DNA from: Guillardia theta CCMP2712
Lineage: Eukaryota > Protista > Cryptophyta
Assembly: GCF_000315625.1 (NCBI RefSeq)
Contig: NW_005434591.1
Location: forward strand, 121,895 to 185,894
DNA: 64,000 nt
Reading direction: 5' to 3'
The translations under genes and the position numbers were made by a program. The number at the start of each line of letters is the position of its first letter. Positions within the stretch are counted from its first letter, which is position 1. This document shows, in pieces, positions 1 through 12,900 of this stretch. A model generated the notes under the pieces. That model searched no databases. It had not been told where the DNA came from and was given only the letters and a program-made list of their open reading frames with translations.

Positions 1-160
1 TCTTCATTCCTTGCGTATCCATCCCCCCCCGCCCCCCCGCCCGACCCCGCTGTTTTGTGCTATCTTGGTTCACTTGCCCTCTCCTTTCAATCTTCAACCC
101 TTTGCATTTTTTCTCGCACATCTCGTTGCCCTCCCTCCTCTTGCATCTGTCCTGTAGACG

Positions 161-1589
161 ATGAGGCGGCGTTTTTCCAAGTTTTCCATCATTTCGTTCC
201 TGGCTCTCCAACTCTCTTTCTCGCATGCATTCATTATCCGTCCTCCAACACTCGCAAGGCTCAAACATGCAGCAGCAAGCCATGCCCATCGAAGACACAA
301 TCTTGATAGAAACTATGGGAGGAAGGTGACAGCGCTGAAGATGGTTGACATGGACGTGGGAATGCTCGGAGTAGCAGTTGCAGGGTCCGTCTCAAGCTCG
401 GCTGCTGTGCTGGACGCTGTTCCCAAGCTTGTGAACGAGAATCTCGAGAATCTCATCATCGGTGCTCTCGCCGGGATGGTGGCGAGTGCGGTTGTCTTCC
501 CTATCGACACGGCCAAGACGAGGATACAGGCGGCGGACGGGGGCACGAGGCTCAACACCTTGCAGACCATAAAGAAGATCATCGACGAGGAAGGCTTTCT
601 CGCGCTGTATAGCGGGCTGGTGCCGGTGATGATCGGTGCGGCCCCGGAGTCTGCAATCCAACTCTCCATGTACGAGTTTGTCTTGTCGACGCTGAAGCAC
701 GCTCAACACATCGACGGTGTCTCGTCGGTTCCTGTTCACCTCCAGGCCCTGGCAGGGAGCTTCGCCGGCATCGCCACTATCGTCGCGACTAACCCTCTGG
801 AGGTCCTCAAGATCCGAGCACAGACGAGCAGAGACAAGAAGTCCACCATGGACCACGTCAGAGAGCTGGGGCTCTCCGGGCTTTACACGGGATACCAGGC
901 CACGTGGTTGAGGGACATCCCCTTCGCAACCATCTACTTCCCCTTGTACTCGAGCGTGAAGTCATGCATGAATGGTGTCTGCACGAGCAGCCTGGCATCT
1001 GCCATGGTCGCGGGTCTGTTCTCCGGCATGATGGCGTCGCTGGTCACGACCCCAGCCGACGTGATCAAGACAACTGTGCAGTCGTTGCCTTCGAAAGTTG
1101 GCTTGGCGGGAGATGCTACGGGGAGAGAGAAGATGGACATCAGGAGCGCTGCTGACCTGGTGCTGCGATCGAAAGGCATGAGCGGTTTCTTCTCTGGGGT
1201 GGAGGCCCGGTTGGGAAGGATGGCTCCTGCCATGTCCATCAGTCTGTGCGTGTTCGAGGGCCTGCGCAGCTTCTTGGGACGAGGGGCGACGCTCAAGATG
1301 GCGCCGGTGGTCCTAGCAAGCGCAGATGACTTCACGCTACAGACACCTGCCAGCGTTGCTGATCATGCCGTGGCAGTACAGGACTTGCAGAACTCTGGGG
1401 TGATACAGGTACGAGACCTTGCCGTTTGGCGCGTGAGGACTGTGACTGACATTTGTTTCCGCTCAGTCTGCGGTGGACTCAGTTAGCTCGATGGCAAGTG
1501 GGCTTTCAAACGTTGATCCTGCGCAAGTCTTGAATACTGCGTGCAATGTTGCGGACCACATTGTGTCTGTTTGCGGCAACCTGCCGTGA
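161..1589 (+). CDS. Mitochondrial carrier family (SLC25) transporter with bipartite plastid-type presequence; exons 161-1408, 1467-1589
   Basis: Three carrier repeats with Px[DE]xx[KR] signatures (PIDTAKTR, PLEVLKIR, PADVIKT). N-terminal hydrophobic signal ending SHA|F, then an R/H-rich transit-like stretch ending LKM. Phase-0 GT-AG intron 1409-1466 with ctgac branch point; stop TGA 1587-1589. Confidence 0.88.
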
Positions 1590-2129
1590 GTTGTACTTCA
1601 GTTTTCTATCTGTGATTGTTTCTGTCTCATGATCTCAATGCTCTTAACCTGATAGTAAATTCCTCTTACATCCCTCGCTTCTGCACTTCTGTCATCTACA
1701 CGTCCTCTCTGATGTGTGTTGCAAGAGAAAGCCTCAAGTGGACAGGAAAAAGCACTCGGATCCTTGCAATGAATAACAATGGGTAGGTGGGGGTCAGCGA
1801 GTAACCGGTGTCTGGTGACTGTTCCATGCAGGACCCCTCATATAAAGGTGTAAAATAGGGGTATCACAAACTATGATGGTATTGGACACTTGGGGGGTAC
1901 ACTAGAATCTGGGGTACTGGGGTGGTCATTAGATTGGAAAAGATGTTGCGGATCAGTGGCGGGATCCATAGAGACAAGGGGAGGAGAAGAAGGAGGAAGC
2001 GGAGGAGGAGGAGGAGATTGGATGAGGGGTAAAACCATCGCCATGAGGACGATCCTTGTCTCTACGAGTCTCTTGTCTGTTCTCACTGCCTGCGCTCTAG
2101 GGGGTTGGCATGGAAAAACCAAGATTGCC

Positions 2130-5100
2130 ATGAGCGTGGATCTAGGAAGTTCAGAGGAAGGGGAAGGTGAGGGTGTGAGAGAGGCGGCTCCATCTGACGA
2201 GCTTGTGGATCCAGCGATCCCTTTCGTTGAGGATACTGGTCAAGGGTATAGAATCACCGATGAAGCCATCGCTTTCTTGAAGACCGTGCGGTCAAAGTTT
2301 GTTCTATTCCTCAGACATGACGGGGCTGCAGGTTGACGCGCCCGTCGCTGTCCTGGCGATCTGCGGAGCGCACAGATCTGGGAAGAGCTTCATCCTCAAC
2401 AGGCTGTTCCTCGGCAAGAAAGGATTTCCTGTGGGTTCTGGTGTGTCAACATGCACCAAAGGGATGTGGATATGGAACAAGACGGTGATAGTGAAAGACG
2501 CCAACGGCACAGCGACCAAGTTCGTGCTGATAGACACTGAAGGGTTTGGTTCTCCAGAAGAGAATCATGATTCATCGCTGCTGACGCTCGCTCTCTTGCT
2601 CAGCTCCTACTTCGTATACAACAGTGTTGGCGCCATTGACGAGATCACGTTGCGACAGTTCTCCTTCGTTTCCGATGTCCTCGACCTGATCGCGAGCCAG
2701 AAGATCGGCCATGATGGAGAAATTCCGTTCAACGTGTTCCCGTCCTTCATCTGGTTGCTGAGAGACTTCTCGCTCGAGCTCGTGTCCTCCGACGGCAGCA
2801 GGATGTCCGCATCAGAATACCTCGAGTATGCCCTGTCCGCATCGGCGGACGAGGGGCCGCAGAGCGTGAAGAGCACGATCAGGAAGACGTTCTCCGAGTG
2901 TTTCAGGGAGAGAGATTGTGTTGCTCTTGTCCGTCCTGTGGTAGATGAGAAGAAGCTGCAGCACCTTGCCGAGGTAGAGGAGGACGACCTCCGTCCTCAA
3001 TTCGTTGACGAGCTCAGTGAGCTTCGGAGGATGATCCTGGGCAGGGCAAGGGCGAAGCAGATCAACGAGATGTTTGTGAGCGGGAGCGGTATCCTGTCGC
3101 TAGCCAACTCTTTCCTGCAATCTCTGTCTCCTGCCCCTCCCCACAGTCTGGCAGGGGACCTGGCTGTGCACGATGCGGACAGGAAAGGGGCTGCGATGGT
3201 TGATGCTGCCCTCCACAAGTTTGCGGACGGAGTGAATGCGCTGGAGTATGCACTTCAGCCCCTCAGTGACGTTGACTTCGACCGATGGTTCGAGACCGCT
3301 GCTGCCTCGGCCCGCAGAGTTCTGCTGCAAGGTTTCATTCACGATGAGCACTTGCCGGCTGTCATGGAGAGGTGAGAAGAGGGAGAAGAATGAGGAAGAG
3401 GAATGATGGTAGTCCTTTTGATGTCTTGTCCTGGAATGCGAGGAAGTATGTTTTGAAAGAGAAGTTTTGATATGTTTGCAGGTTGCAAGACAAGATAGAA
3501 GAGAAGAGAAGGAAACTGCGGACATTGAATGAAGCTAGAGCCGCCGATCTTGTTGAAAAAGTTTATGCACAAGTCAGAAAAGGGCTGGAAGAGAAACGAT
3601 ACTCTTCGTTGTCGCAGTACTTGACGGATCATGCTCGGATTAGAAACTGCTGCTCGTCACAGGTTTGATAATTTCTGTCATGACAAGTTTATCCGATGAA
3701 GCATGACGCTAGTGTCTGTGGAGTTGATGGTGGTGGTGGTGACTTTTTGACATGAAATGTCTAAGTGATCAAAGATGTTGTGATTGCGTGTTGAAAACAC
3801 AACAAGAGTGTGAGATGGAGTGGTTTCAATGATTGACGTTGCAAATGTGCTGTCACGGAGATGTGCTGGTTTGATAGAGGTTGACATGCTTTTCAGATCC
3901 CTCGAGTCGTTCTGAGCGAACTCATGGAAGAGGAACTTCGTAAAGGCGCAATGCAGATCGCTTCCTCCGTTCAGGAAAGAGTTCAGGTGGGAGGAGGGAT
4001 GGAGGGAGGAGGGAGGAGGGAGTGAGAGAGTAAAGTGGGGCGGTGGAGTAGAGGAAGGAAAAGGGATAATATTGGAGGTGATGATGTGGAAGCATTTGAA
4101 GGAACAATCCAAGCGAAAACATTGTGTGGAGGAGAAGAGAGGGAGGGAGGGAGGAGGGAAGGAGGGAGGGAGGTAGCGAAGACACGCGATGATGTTGGAA
4201 AGCAAGGATGAGAGGAGGGAGGGAGGGAGGGAGTGACGGGTACCTTGCAGGAGGAAGTCAGAAGGTCGTTGATAAGCGAGCTCACGGAGGGCGAGACGAG
4301 CGAGGAGGACGGAGAGACCCACAGGCTGAGGAAGATGCTGTCGCTGTGCGAGGAGACGCTGGCGAGAAGGGAAGCGCAGATTACAGAGATGAATGCTGAG
4401 CGGGTGAAGATGGAAGGGAGGATGGGAGAGGTGAAGATCTTGCTGGAGTCGGCGGAGAGGAGGGCCAAGGACATGGAGGCGCAGCTGGAGAGGAGCGAGC
4501 AGCTGCTGTCGTCGTGCAGGGAGGAAAATGAGAGGTTGAAGGAGGAGAGAGCGGGGATGGAGGAGGAGAGGGACGAGAGGGTGAAGGCGTTGCAGGCTGA
4601 ACACAGGAGGAGGGAGGAGGAAGTGGAGAAGGCTTTGGAGCAGGCAGAGCAGAGCAGAGCACACCTTGAGACGAAGCAGGAGAACAACGAGAGGAGGATA
4701 AAAGAGCTGCTGGATGACCTTGCCAGCATGGAGGTGAAGCTGCGGGAAGCCGAGGGGAGCAGCGGAGGTGCGCTGGCAGCGACGGAGGAAGCATGGAGGG
4801 AGAGGAAGGCAGAGGAGGATGCGGCGCATCGTCGGCAGCTGGAGCTGGTGAAACTTGCGAACGAGGAGGCGGTGCAGGAGCTAGAGGAGACGTTCAGGAC
4901 GGAAAGGGAGGTGCTGGCAGCCCGAGTTCGCTTCCTCGAAGAGCAAACGACCGAGCTGGCAGCTGAGCTGGACCAGAGGAGGGAGGAAGCGGCTGCGACA
5001 GCGAGCGAGTACGAGGCAGCAGTGGACGAGCTCGAGAAGGAATTGGCCCACCAGCGGGAGCTGCTGGCCGCCAAGGGGGAGGTAGGAGCGTTCAAGCACA

Positions 5101-6983
5101 CAATCGAGGCGCTGCACAGCGTGATAGCGTCAAGAGGAGGAGGAGGAGGAGGAGGAGGAGGCGAGGAGGCGATCAACTTGATTACGAGCATGTCGCGGAT
5201 CATCGCGCAGAAGGAGGAGGAAATGGAGCAAATCCGCGAGTCCTCCGACGACACGCTGGGACGCTGAGGAGTTTGATTGAGAAGAAGGACGTAGAGAACG
5301 ACAAGTACAAGAGGGCACTGAAAGTGTTTCTCCTGCACAGCCTCAAGGTGCTCTCCTCCTCCTTCGTCGCCTCATTTTCCTTCTTTCTCCTCAGGGTCCT
5401 CCTCCTCCCTTTCCTCCTACTTCTCCTCCTCCTCCTCCTCCTCCTCCTCCTCCCCCTCCGTCCCGTCCTACATCTCCTCGTCCTCTTGCTGCTAGCACTC
5501 CCTTCCAGCCAACCTCCAATTCTCTCTGTCCTCCGATCCTCACAGCTTAGCTTCTCTGCTGTCTCTCCTCCCTCCTCTCCCTACCTTCAGGCTGCCTATC
5601 CTCCTCCTCCCCTCCTCCCCCAAAGCAACACCGTCTTGTCTGCTCCTCGCGTAACATGCAGCAGGTGCAATGTCGCTACTGCGGGAGGGAGGTGGAGGCG
5701 CGAGCAGCGGTCGACCACATGCCGATGTGCATGCACAGGAGAAACGTTCGACTGTGGCAGGTGAGGAGAGCGAAGAGGGGAGAGGCCAAGGGATGGGAGC
5801 TGAGAGGAGGAGGGAGGAAAGAGGAGGGAGGAGGGAGGAGAGAGAGCAGGAAGAAGAACGAGAACGGAAGAGGGAGGAGGGAGGAGCAGGGAGGTGGAGG
5901 TACGAGAGAACTCCAGCGGAGGACACAACAAGGAATCTGGACATGAGCTGATGGAAAGTAGGAGGAAGGAGGCGACGTCGGGGGCTGGGAATGGAAAGTT
6001 GAAGTGACGACAACGAGTGAGGAAGAGGAAGGGAAAAAGAAGACCGTCTTTCATGTCAGAGCACAGGTTCCAACTTCTTCCTCCTCAGCATCATCATTCT
6101 CGTTCCTCTCCTTCTTCTGCTTCTTCTCCTCTACTACCCGTCTTGGCCCTCTATCCTACTATGATTTTCTTCCCTCATGATCGACCTCCTCACGTTCTTC
6201 TCCCTCCCTCCCTCCCTCCCTGCCAGCCAGCCTGCCTGCCTCCCTCCCTCTCCATCTCCCTCCCTGCCTGCCTGCCTGCCTGCCTGCCTCTCCCTCTCCC
6301 TCTCTCCCTCTGTCTCTGTCTCCCACTCCCTCTCCCTCTCCCTCTCCCTCTCCCTCTCCCTCCCTCCCTCTCCTCTCTCTCTCACTCTCTCATTCTCTCG
6401 CTCAACTTCATCGCAGAGAGCCAACGTTCTCTTCATCGTCGCCAAGAGATATCGCGACCTAGTCAAGTTCGCTTCCACCCTCAAGACCAAATTCCCCCGT
6501 GTCAAAGTAGTCTAACTCCCTCCTCCCCTTTCACTCTCCCCTCCCCTCCCCTCCCCTCCTCTCCGCTCCCCTCCCCTCCCCTCCTCTCCTCTCCTCTCCT
6601 CTCCCCTTCCCTCCCCTCCTCTCCTCTCGCATCCCCTTTCCTCTCTTCCGCTCCTCTGCCCTCTCTCTTCCTCCTCCCTCTAACAGCTGCGCAGCTGCCT
6701 GAGTTTGTTCCGCTCCACTCGAGCTCCACCAGCATCTTCCAGCCTCAGACGCACGTGCCTGAGCAGCGAGTGGAACAGGTCGAGAGGAGAGGGAGGAGAG
6801 GGCGAGGGGAGATGGGTAGAGGGAGAGGGAGAGGGAGAGGGAGAGGGAGAGGGAGAGGGAGAGGGAGAGGGAGAGGGAGAGGGAGAGGGAGAGGGAGAGG
6901 GAGAGGGAGAGGGAGAGGGAGAGGGAGAGGGAGAGGGAGAGGAGAGGGAGAGGGAGAGGGAGAGGAGAGGAGAGCGAGAGGAG

Positions 6984-7031
<48 letters not shown>

Positions 7032-7309
7032 GAGAGAGACGANNNNNNNNNNNNNNNNNNNNNNNNNNNNNNNNNNNNNNNNNNNNNNNNNNNNNNNNNN
7101 NNNNNNNNNNNNNNNNNNNNNNNNNNNNNNNNNNNNNNNNNNAGCAAGGAGATGGGGGCAGGAGGGGGAGGAAGCAAGGATGGAGGGAGAGGAGCTGACT
7201 TGTGGAGCAGGTCAGCAGCTTCCTGAGGGAAGTGATGAGGATTCAAGTGATCGCTGAGAGCCTGGAGATGAAGAAATTCCTAGAGAGCGACAAGGAGGAG
7301 GAGGCGTGA
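2130..7309 (+). CDS. Guanylate-binding protein (GBP/atlastin-type GTPase) with long coiled coil, C2HC zinc finger and C-terminal PX domain; multi-exon
   Basis: GBP motifs VAVLAICGAHRSGKSFILNRL, GFPVGSGVSTCTKGMWIW, LIDTEG, FIWLLRDF (2332-3371). E/R-rich coiled-coil exon about 4251-5347. CRYC-x11-HMPMC exon 5665-5760. PX-like exons 5962-7309 (KTVFHVRA, FIVAKRYRDLVKF..LKTKFP, LPEFVP, EQRVEQVSSFL..SLEMKKFL). One apparent frameshift at about 5258-5260. Confidence 0.82.
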
Positions 7310-7588
7310 GCAACTCATATTAGATTTATATGTACAAAGAGGGAAGAAGAGAGGAAGAGGGAGGGAGAGAGAGGAAGAGGGAGGGAGAGGGAGGAAGAGG
7401 AGGAGGAAGAGGTTTAGCCCTTCACTGTGAAGTCAATGAAATCTTTGAAGGACGTCGAGCCGTTGTGAAAAGTTGACGAACACCTGTATCACTGTGAGAA
7501 GGGAAGAGAGCGGAAGAGGAGGGGGCGAGCAAAGGAAGGAGAGGAAGAGACAGGGAAGGAGAGGTTCAGTTTGAGGGAGAAAGTTACC

Positions 7589-9901
7589 TCGTCAGGTGGC
7601 AGTTCTCCTCTTTCCGCGCATGACGGGATACCCCCGTGACAACGCAGGGCTGCAAGCAAGTGAGGAGTGGAGGAGGAGGAGGGGGGTGGGGGTGGAGGGG
7701 AGGAGGGCGAATGAAATAGGCAAGAGACGGGAGACGAAGGAAGAGGAGGAGGAGAGAGGACGGGAGATGAGAGAGGAAGAGGAGGAGAGGAGGAGAGGAT
7801 GGCAGAGGAGGAGGTCTTACCTTGAACTTCATGTTGCAACCCGAGCATGTCAGAGAGGCCTCGTAGTTCTTGGCGTTGCACTTGAAACAGGAGCGAGTCG
7901 CGAGGACAGGCTCGACCTGCGGCAAGTCAGCGAGAAAAACGAGGTGAGAAGAACATGGAAGGGAGGAGGGAGAGAGAGAGGAGGGAGGGAGGGAGGGAGG
8001 GAGGAGCCAGCTGAGAAGAGGAGGGGGCGGGGGGAGGAGGGGGCAGGGAGGAGGAAGGAGGGAGGAGGGAGAATGGAATGGAGAGCAAAGGGGTTGGGAC
8101 CTTCTTGTCCATGGAGAGTTGGAGAACCCAATCGCGAACCTACGCCAAAGAAATTCAGCAGAACACTCGCTCCACTTCTCCTCTCCTCTCCTCTCCTCTC
8201 CTCTTCTCATCTCTCCTCTTCTCTTCTCTCCTCTGCTACCCTCTCTCCTTGCTCGCTTCCTTCGCTTCCACTTGCTCACCTCCTCTCTGTCGTTCTCAGG
8301 CACGAAAGCCTTCTCCTGCAAGTTGAACTCGAAAGGAACGTCTGTGCCCTCGAAGTCGGTGTTCTCGATCATGCTGAGAGAGTTCAGTCAGGGAGGCGAA
8401 GAGGAAGGTGAATGTGGAGGAGGGAGATGGGTTGAGAAACACGAGGAGAGAGGGGAGGGGAGAGGGAGGGAGGGAGGAGAGAGTGGAGGAGAGGGAGGGG
8501 AGAGCTCGGTCACCTGCTGCTGTCTGCCTCCTCCATGGCATCGCAGATGTCGAGGAAGCGATTACAGAAGACGAAAGCCTGAAGAGAGTTAAAGGAGCAA
8601 CATGACGAGCAGGGAGACGAAGAGAACAGGAAGAAGAGGGGGGGGGGAGGGAGAAGAAGACGGGATAGAGGAGGAGGGAGAAGAGGAAGGAAGAGGGAAA
8701 GGAGGATGATGTACCTGGTTCAGCTTGCCGGCAGCCTTGCATGCCATTCCAGCCTCGTAGAAGACTCGGTCGGCAGGGAGGATGTCGCAGAAGCGGAGGA
8801 GGGATACACAAATCTTCTGCTCCACCTCCGCCATCCCTGCTCCCCTCGCCCGGCAACTCGCCTGGAGGCAGAGCAGGTGCGCCGCCTGCAGGTATCTGTC
8901 CACCTCCCTCTGATCCCCAGCGTCTGCGCCGCCCGACGTTCGCATGGCAGACCAGATCTTGTAGAGAACCTGCTCAAGGTGATGAGGAGCGAGACAGGAG
9001 AGGAGAGAGAGGAGGGGAGGAGGGGAGGAGGGAGGAGGGGAGGAGGGGAGGGAGGGAGGAGGGAGGAGGGAGGAGGGAGGAGGGAGGAGGGAGGAGGGAG
9101 GGAGGGAGGGAGGGAGGGAGGGAGGGAGGGAGGGAGGGAGGGGAGGGAGGGGAGGGAGGGAGGGAGGGGAGGGAGGGGAGGGAGGGAGGGAGGGAGGGAN
9201 NNNNNNNNNNNNNNNNNNNNNNNNNNNNNNNNNNNNNNNNNNNNNNNNNNNNNNNNNNNNNNNNNNNNNNNNNNNNNNNNNNNNNNNNNNNNNNNNNNNN
9301 NNNNNNNNNNNNNNNNNNNNNNNNNNNNNNNNNNNNNNNNNNNNNNNNNNNNNNNNNNNNNNNNNNNNNNNNNNNNNNNNNNNNNNNNNNNNTTGAGACC
9401 ACATCCCTCCTCCCTCCTCCAACGCCCTTGGTCCTCGGCACTGCCTCCTCCCATTCCCACTCTCCTCACCTTGGTACGGCCTCGTCCCAGGATCTCCTTG
9501 GCGATCTAGAAGATCGTTAAACTCCTCCTCCCCCTCCCCCTCCTCCCCCTCCCCCTTTTCTCTCCTCCTCCTCCCTCCTCCTCCTCCCCCTTTCTCTCCT
9601 CCTCCTCACCTGCTTGTACAGCGCCACGTTGGAGGCTCCTAGGGGAGTACCGTGCTGCTGGAGCACCCGCACTGCCTGCATGGACTCGCCCGCACGGAAG
9701 GAGGAGGCGGCATGGAGGACGACGTACTGGTCGACCGCTTCCTGGCCCATCTTCTTGGCGACCTGCAACGATCATGAGGGGAAGGATGCAGGGAAGGGAG
9801 GAAGACCGGAGAGAGGACGATAGGAGGGAGAGAGAGGAATGGGGGAGATGCGAGAGGGGGAGAGGAGGAGAGGGAGGAGAGGAAGAGGAAGAGGAAGAGG
9901 A

Positions 9902-9955
<54 letters not shown>

Positions 9956-12900
9956 GGTTTGCTTCACCTGCAGGCAACGTTCCCAGTCTCCCCTCTTAGC
10001 GAGCTCTTGGATGCTTTCCCCGCTCGAGCTCGTCCTCCCCACCCCAGCAACAGGCACCGACCCCCTTGCAGCGTTGGTGCTCCCCTGCCCTCCAGCTCCT
10101 CCTCCAGCTCCTCCTCTAGCGTCTGACGACCTCTTCATCATGTCCTCCACATAGCTCTCGAGCTGAGCAGAGGTCTGCAGGTGGAGTTCAGCTGGACAGC
10201 GACGGCGCCCTCTCCCTCTCCTCTCCCTCACCTTCCCGAGCGCCCGCGCCTTGTCCCACATCCCCGCACGGAGGTAGACGTCGATCGCCTCCTTGTGCGA
10301 GTCGATGCCCTGCAAGGATAGTGAGGTGGAGGGGGAAGGGGGGAGAGGAAAAGTGCAAGGAGTATGGAGGAGAGGGGGGGAAGAGAGTGAGGAGGGGAGG
10401 AGGAGAGGAGGGGAGGAGGGGGGGAGAGCAGGAGGAGGGGAGCGGAGCCAGGAACAAGGTGTAAGAGGATCAAGTGTTCACCTCAAGAAATTCAGCAGCC
10501 TGACAAAAGAAAATCAGTGAAATGAAAGAGGAGGAAACAGAGGAGCAAGAACGGAGGTCAGGAGGGGAAAAAAAGTGAAAACGTGCGAATTGTAAGGAAG
10601 AGAAAGAGGATAACGCAGGAAAATGATGAGGAGGAGGGGAAGGAGTCGGACCTGCTCGAATCTCCCGATGTCTACCAGACGACGACTGACTTCGCTCACG
10701 ACTTCGGTTATTCTTCCGTGAACCTGGAGGGACGATGAGGAGAGATTCCATGAGGATATCAGAGGAGAGGAGAGGAGAGGAGAGGAGAGGAGAGGAGAGG
10801 AGAGGAGAGGAGAGGAGAGGAGAGGAGAGGAGAGGAGAGGAGAAGAGAGGAGAGGAGAGGAGAGGAGAGGAGAGGAGAGGAGAGGAGAGGAGAGGAGAGG
10901 AGAGGAGAGGAGAGGAGAAGGAAAGACAGTCATGGCCAACTGAGCATTCCTACATGATTCATTGCCAGCTCAACCGCTTTCTCCCAAATCTCTTCGAGGT
11001 ATTCGAGATCTTGAGTGTGCGAGCTTGTGATCTGATTGCACGTCAGCTTCTTCCCTCCCTCCTTCTCCTCCTCCCCCCCTCTCCTCCTCCCTTTTCTCCC
11101 CCTCTCCCTCCCGACCTTGAGGTACGCGTCGATCGCCTTGCTGTAGTCGCCGCTCTCCTCCCACATCTTCCCTGGCGCCATCAGATCTTGCTGCGCGTCA
11201 GGCGCTGACATGCCCCTGCGCAACTTCATCAACGAGGAGGAAAAGGAGGAGGAGCAAAAGAAGCAGCAGCAGGGGGGAACGGGTATAGGAGGAGGAGGAG
11301 GAGGAGAAGAGGGAAAGGGGGACGATGGAGGAGGAGGAGGAGGAGGAGGAGGAGTAAGGAAGGAGGAGGAGGAAGGAGGAAGAGGACCTAGCTTTCTCCT
11401 GCTGGAGTTCATAGACCATGCCTGACCCGATGCCTGGGGAGTTCTCGTGCGACTTGGCGATGCGAATGGCATCGTCCCACTTCCTTGCATCCTTGTACAT
11501 CTTGACTGCAAGCTCAGCCTTGCCGACCTGCGGGAGGAGGGGGAGGAGGGGGGAGGAGAGTGAGCGATCGCTGAAGTAGGAGAGGAGCACCAGACCTCGA
11601 CGAAGATGTTCTCGGCCTACACAGACAGTCATTCGATGCAAAGAAACGATGAGGAAGGGATGGTGAGAGATACAAGAAGCAGGTTAGAAGGAGGAAGAGG
11701 AAGAGGAAGAGGCAGGAGGAGGAGGAGGAGGAGGAGGAGGATGATGCGTGTACGGTCCCACCTGCTTGAAGTCCTTCTTGTCCATATGCGAACGAGCCTT
11801 TGCTATCATCACCTGCACGTCCAGTCAATCCAGCCAATCATATCACCCCTCTCTCCTCCTCCTCCTCCCCACTTACGTCGCTGCGCGAATTCGGGTCGTG
11901 ATTCTCTGCAATGCGCAGTGCGTTGGGCCAGTCTTGCTGATGGATGTACCTGGAGGTAGAGGAGGAGCAGGCGACATGAGCTATGAGCAGAGAAGGAGGA
12001 GGAAGTAAGGAGGGAGAGAAGAGAGCAGGACGGGGAGAGGGAGGCAGGACGGGGCGGGGAAGGAGAGAAGGAGAGATTTCTTACATCTCGATCGCCTCCT
12101 TAGGCTTCTTGGCATTGATGAACTCCTCCTCCGCCTCTCGGAACCTCCCCTCGTCCTCCAAGAACATAGCATGCTTCAAGTGGACCTGAACGAACAACAC
12201 TAGGTCACAGGCAACAGAGGAGGAGGAGGAGGAGGAGCTTGAAAGGAGGCAGAGGGAGGAGAAAGGAGGAGGGGAGGAGGAGGAGCTTACATCAGGCAGC
12301 TTCCCTTTCATCGAGCTTCTCGCCAGCTGGAACGCCTGATCGAATGCCCCGCTCTCTGTCGCGTAGTCGATCGCCTGCTCGATGAGTCCGAACTTGGTGA
12401 GCAGCTTCGCTCCTGCTTCTCCTCCCAGGCTGACGGCCCACGCGTACGCCACCTACAGCAGGCAACAATCATGCTCAGCCTGTCCGCATCCTCCTCCCCT
12501 CCCCCTCCCCCTCTCTACCATCTTCCTTCCAACATCCTCGCCCTGCCCCTGATCCTTCTTTCCCGTGCCCGTGCCCCTTCCTCCTCCTCCTCTTTCCGTT
12601 CACTCGCTCCCTCGTCATCACCTGCCGGGACGTGTTGACGCCTCCGTGCGTCTTCGCCACTCTGATCGCATCGTCCCACATGTCGTGGGCGCGATACCTG
12701 CCGGCCGTCAGCTCCTCCTCCTCCTCCTCCCGCTCCTCTCGTACATGTTCACTGCGCTCTTCCAGTCGTTGCCGTCCACGTAGTGACGCTCAGCCTCCTG
12801 CCCCGCAAGTATCAACCGCGTGAAGTCACCGCATGCAACGGCGCGTGCTGACCTTGAACTTGTTTTCAGCTTCGAGCTGCTGGGCGAGGTGCAGGTAGGT

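Noticed and set aside
6017-7246. Long ORFs of poly-(RG), (GE), (SP), (LS) here and at 8600-9500, 10500-11200, 33046-33606 and 46077-46935
   Set aside because: Translations of stop-free intronic or intergenic microsatellites and N gaps.
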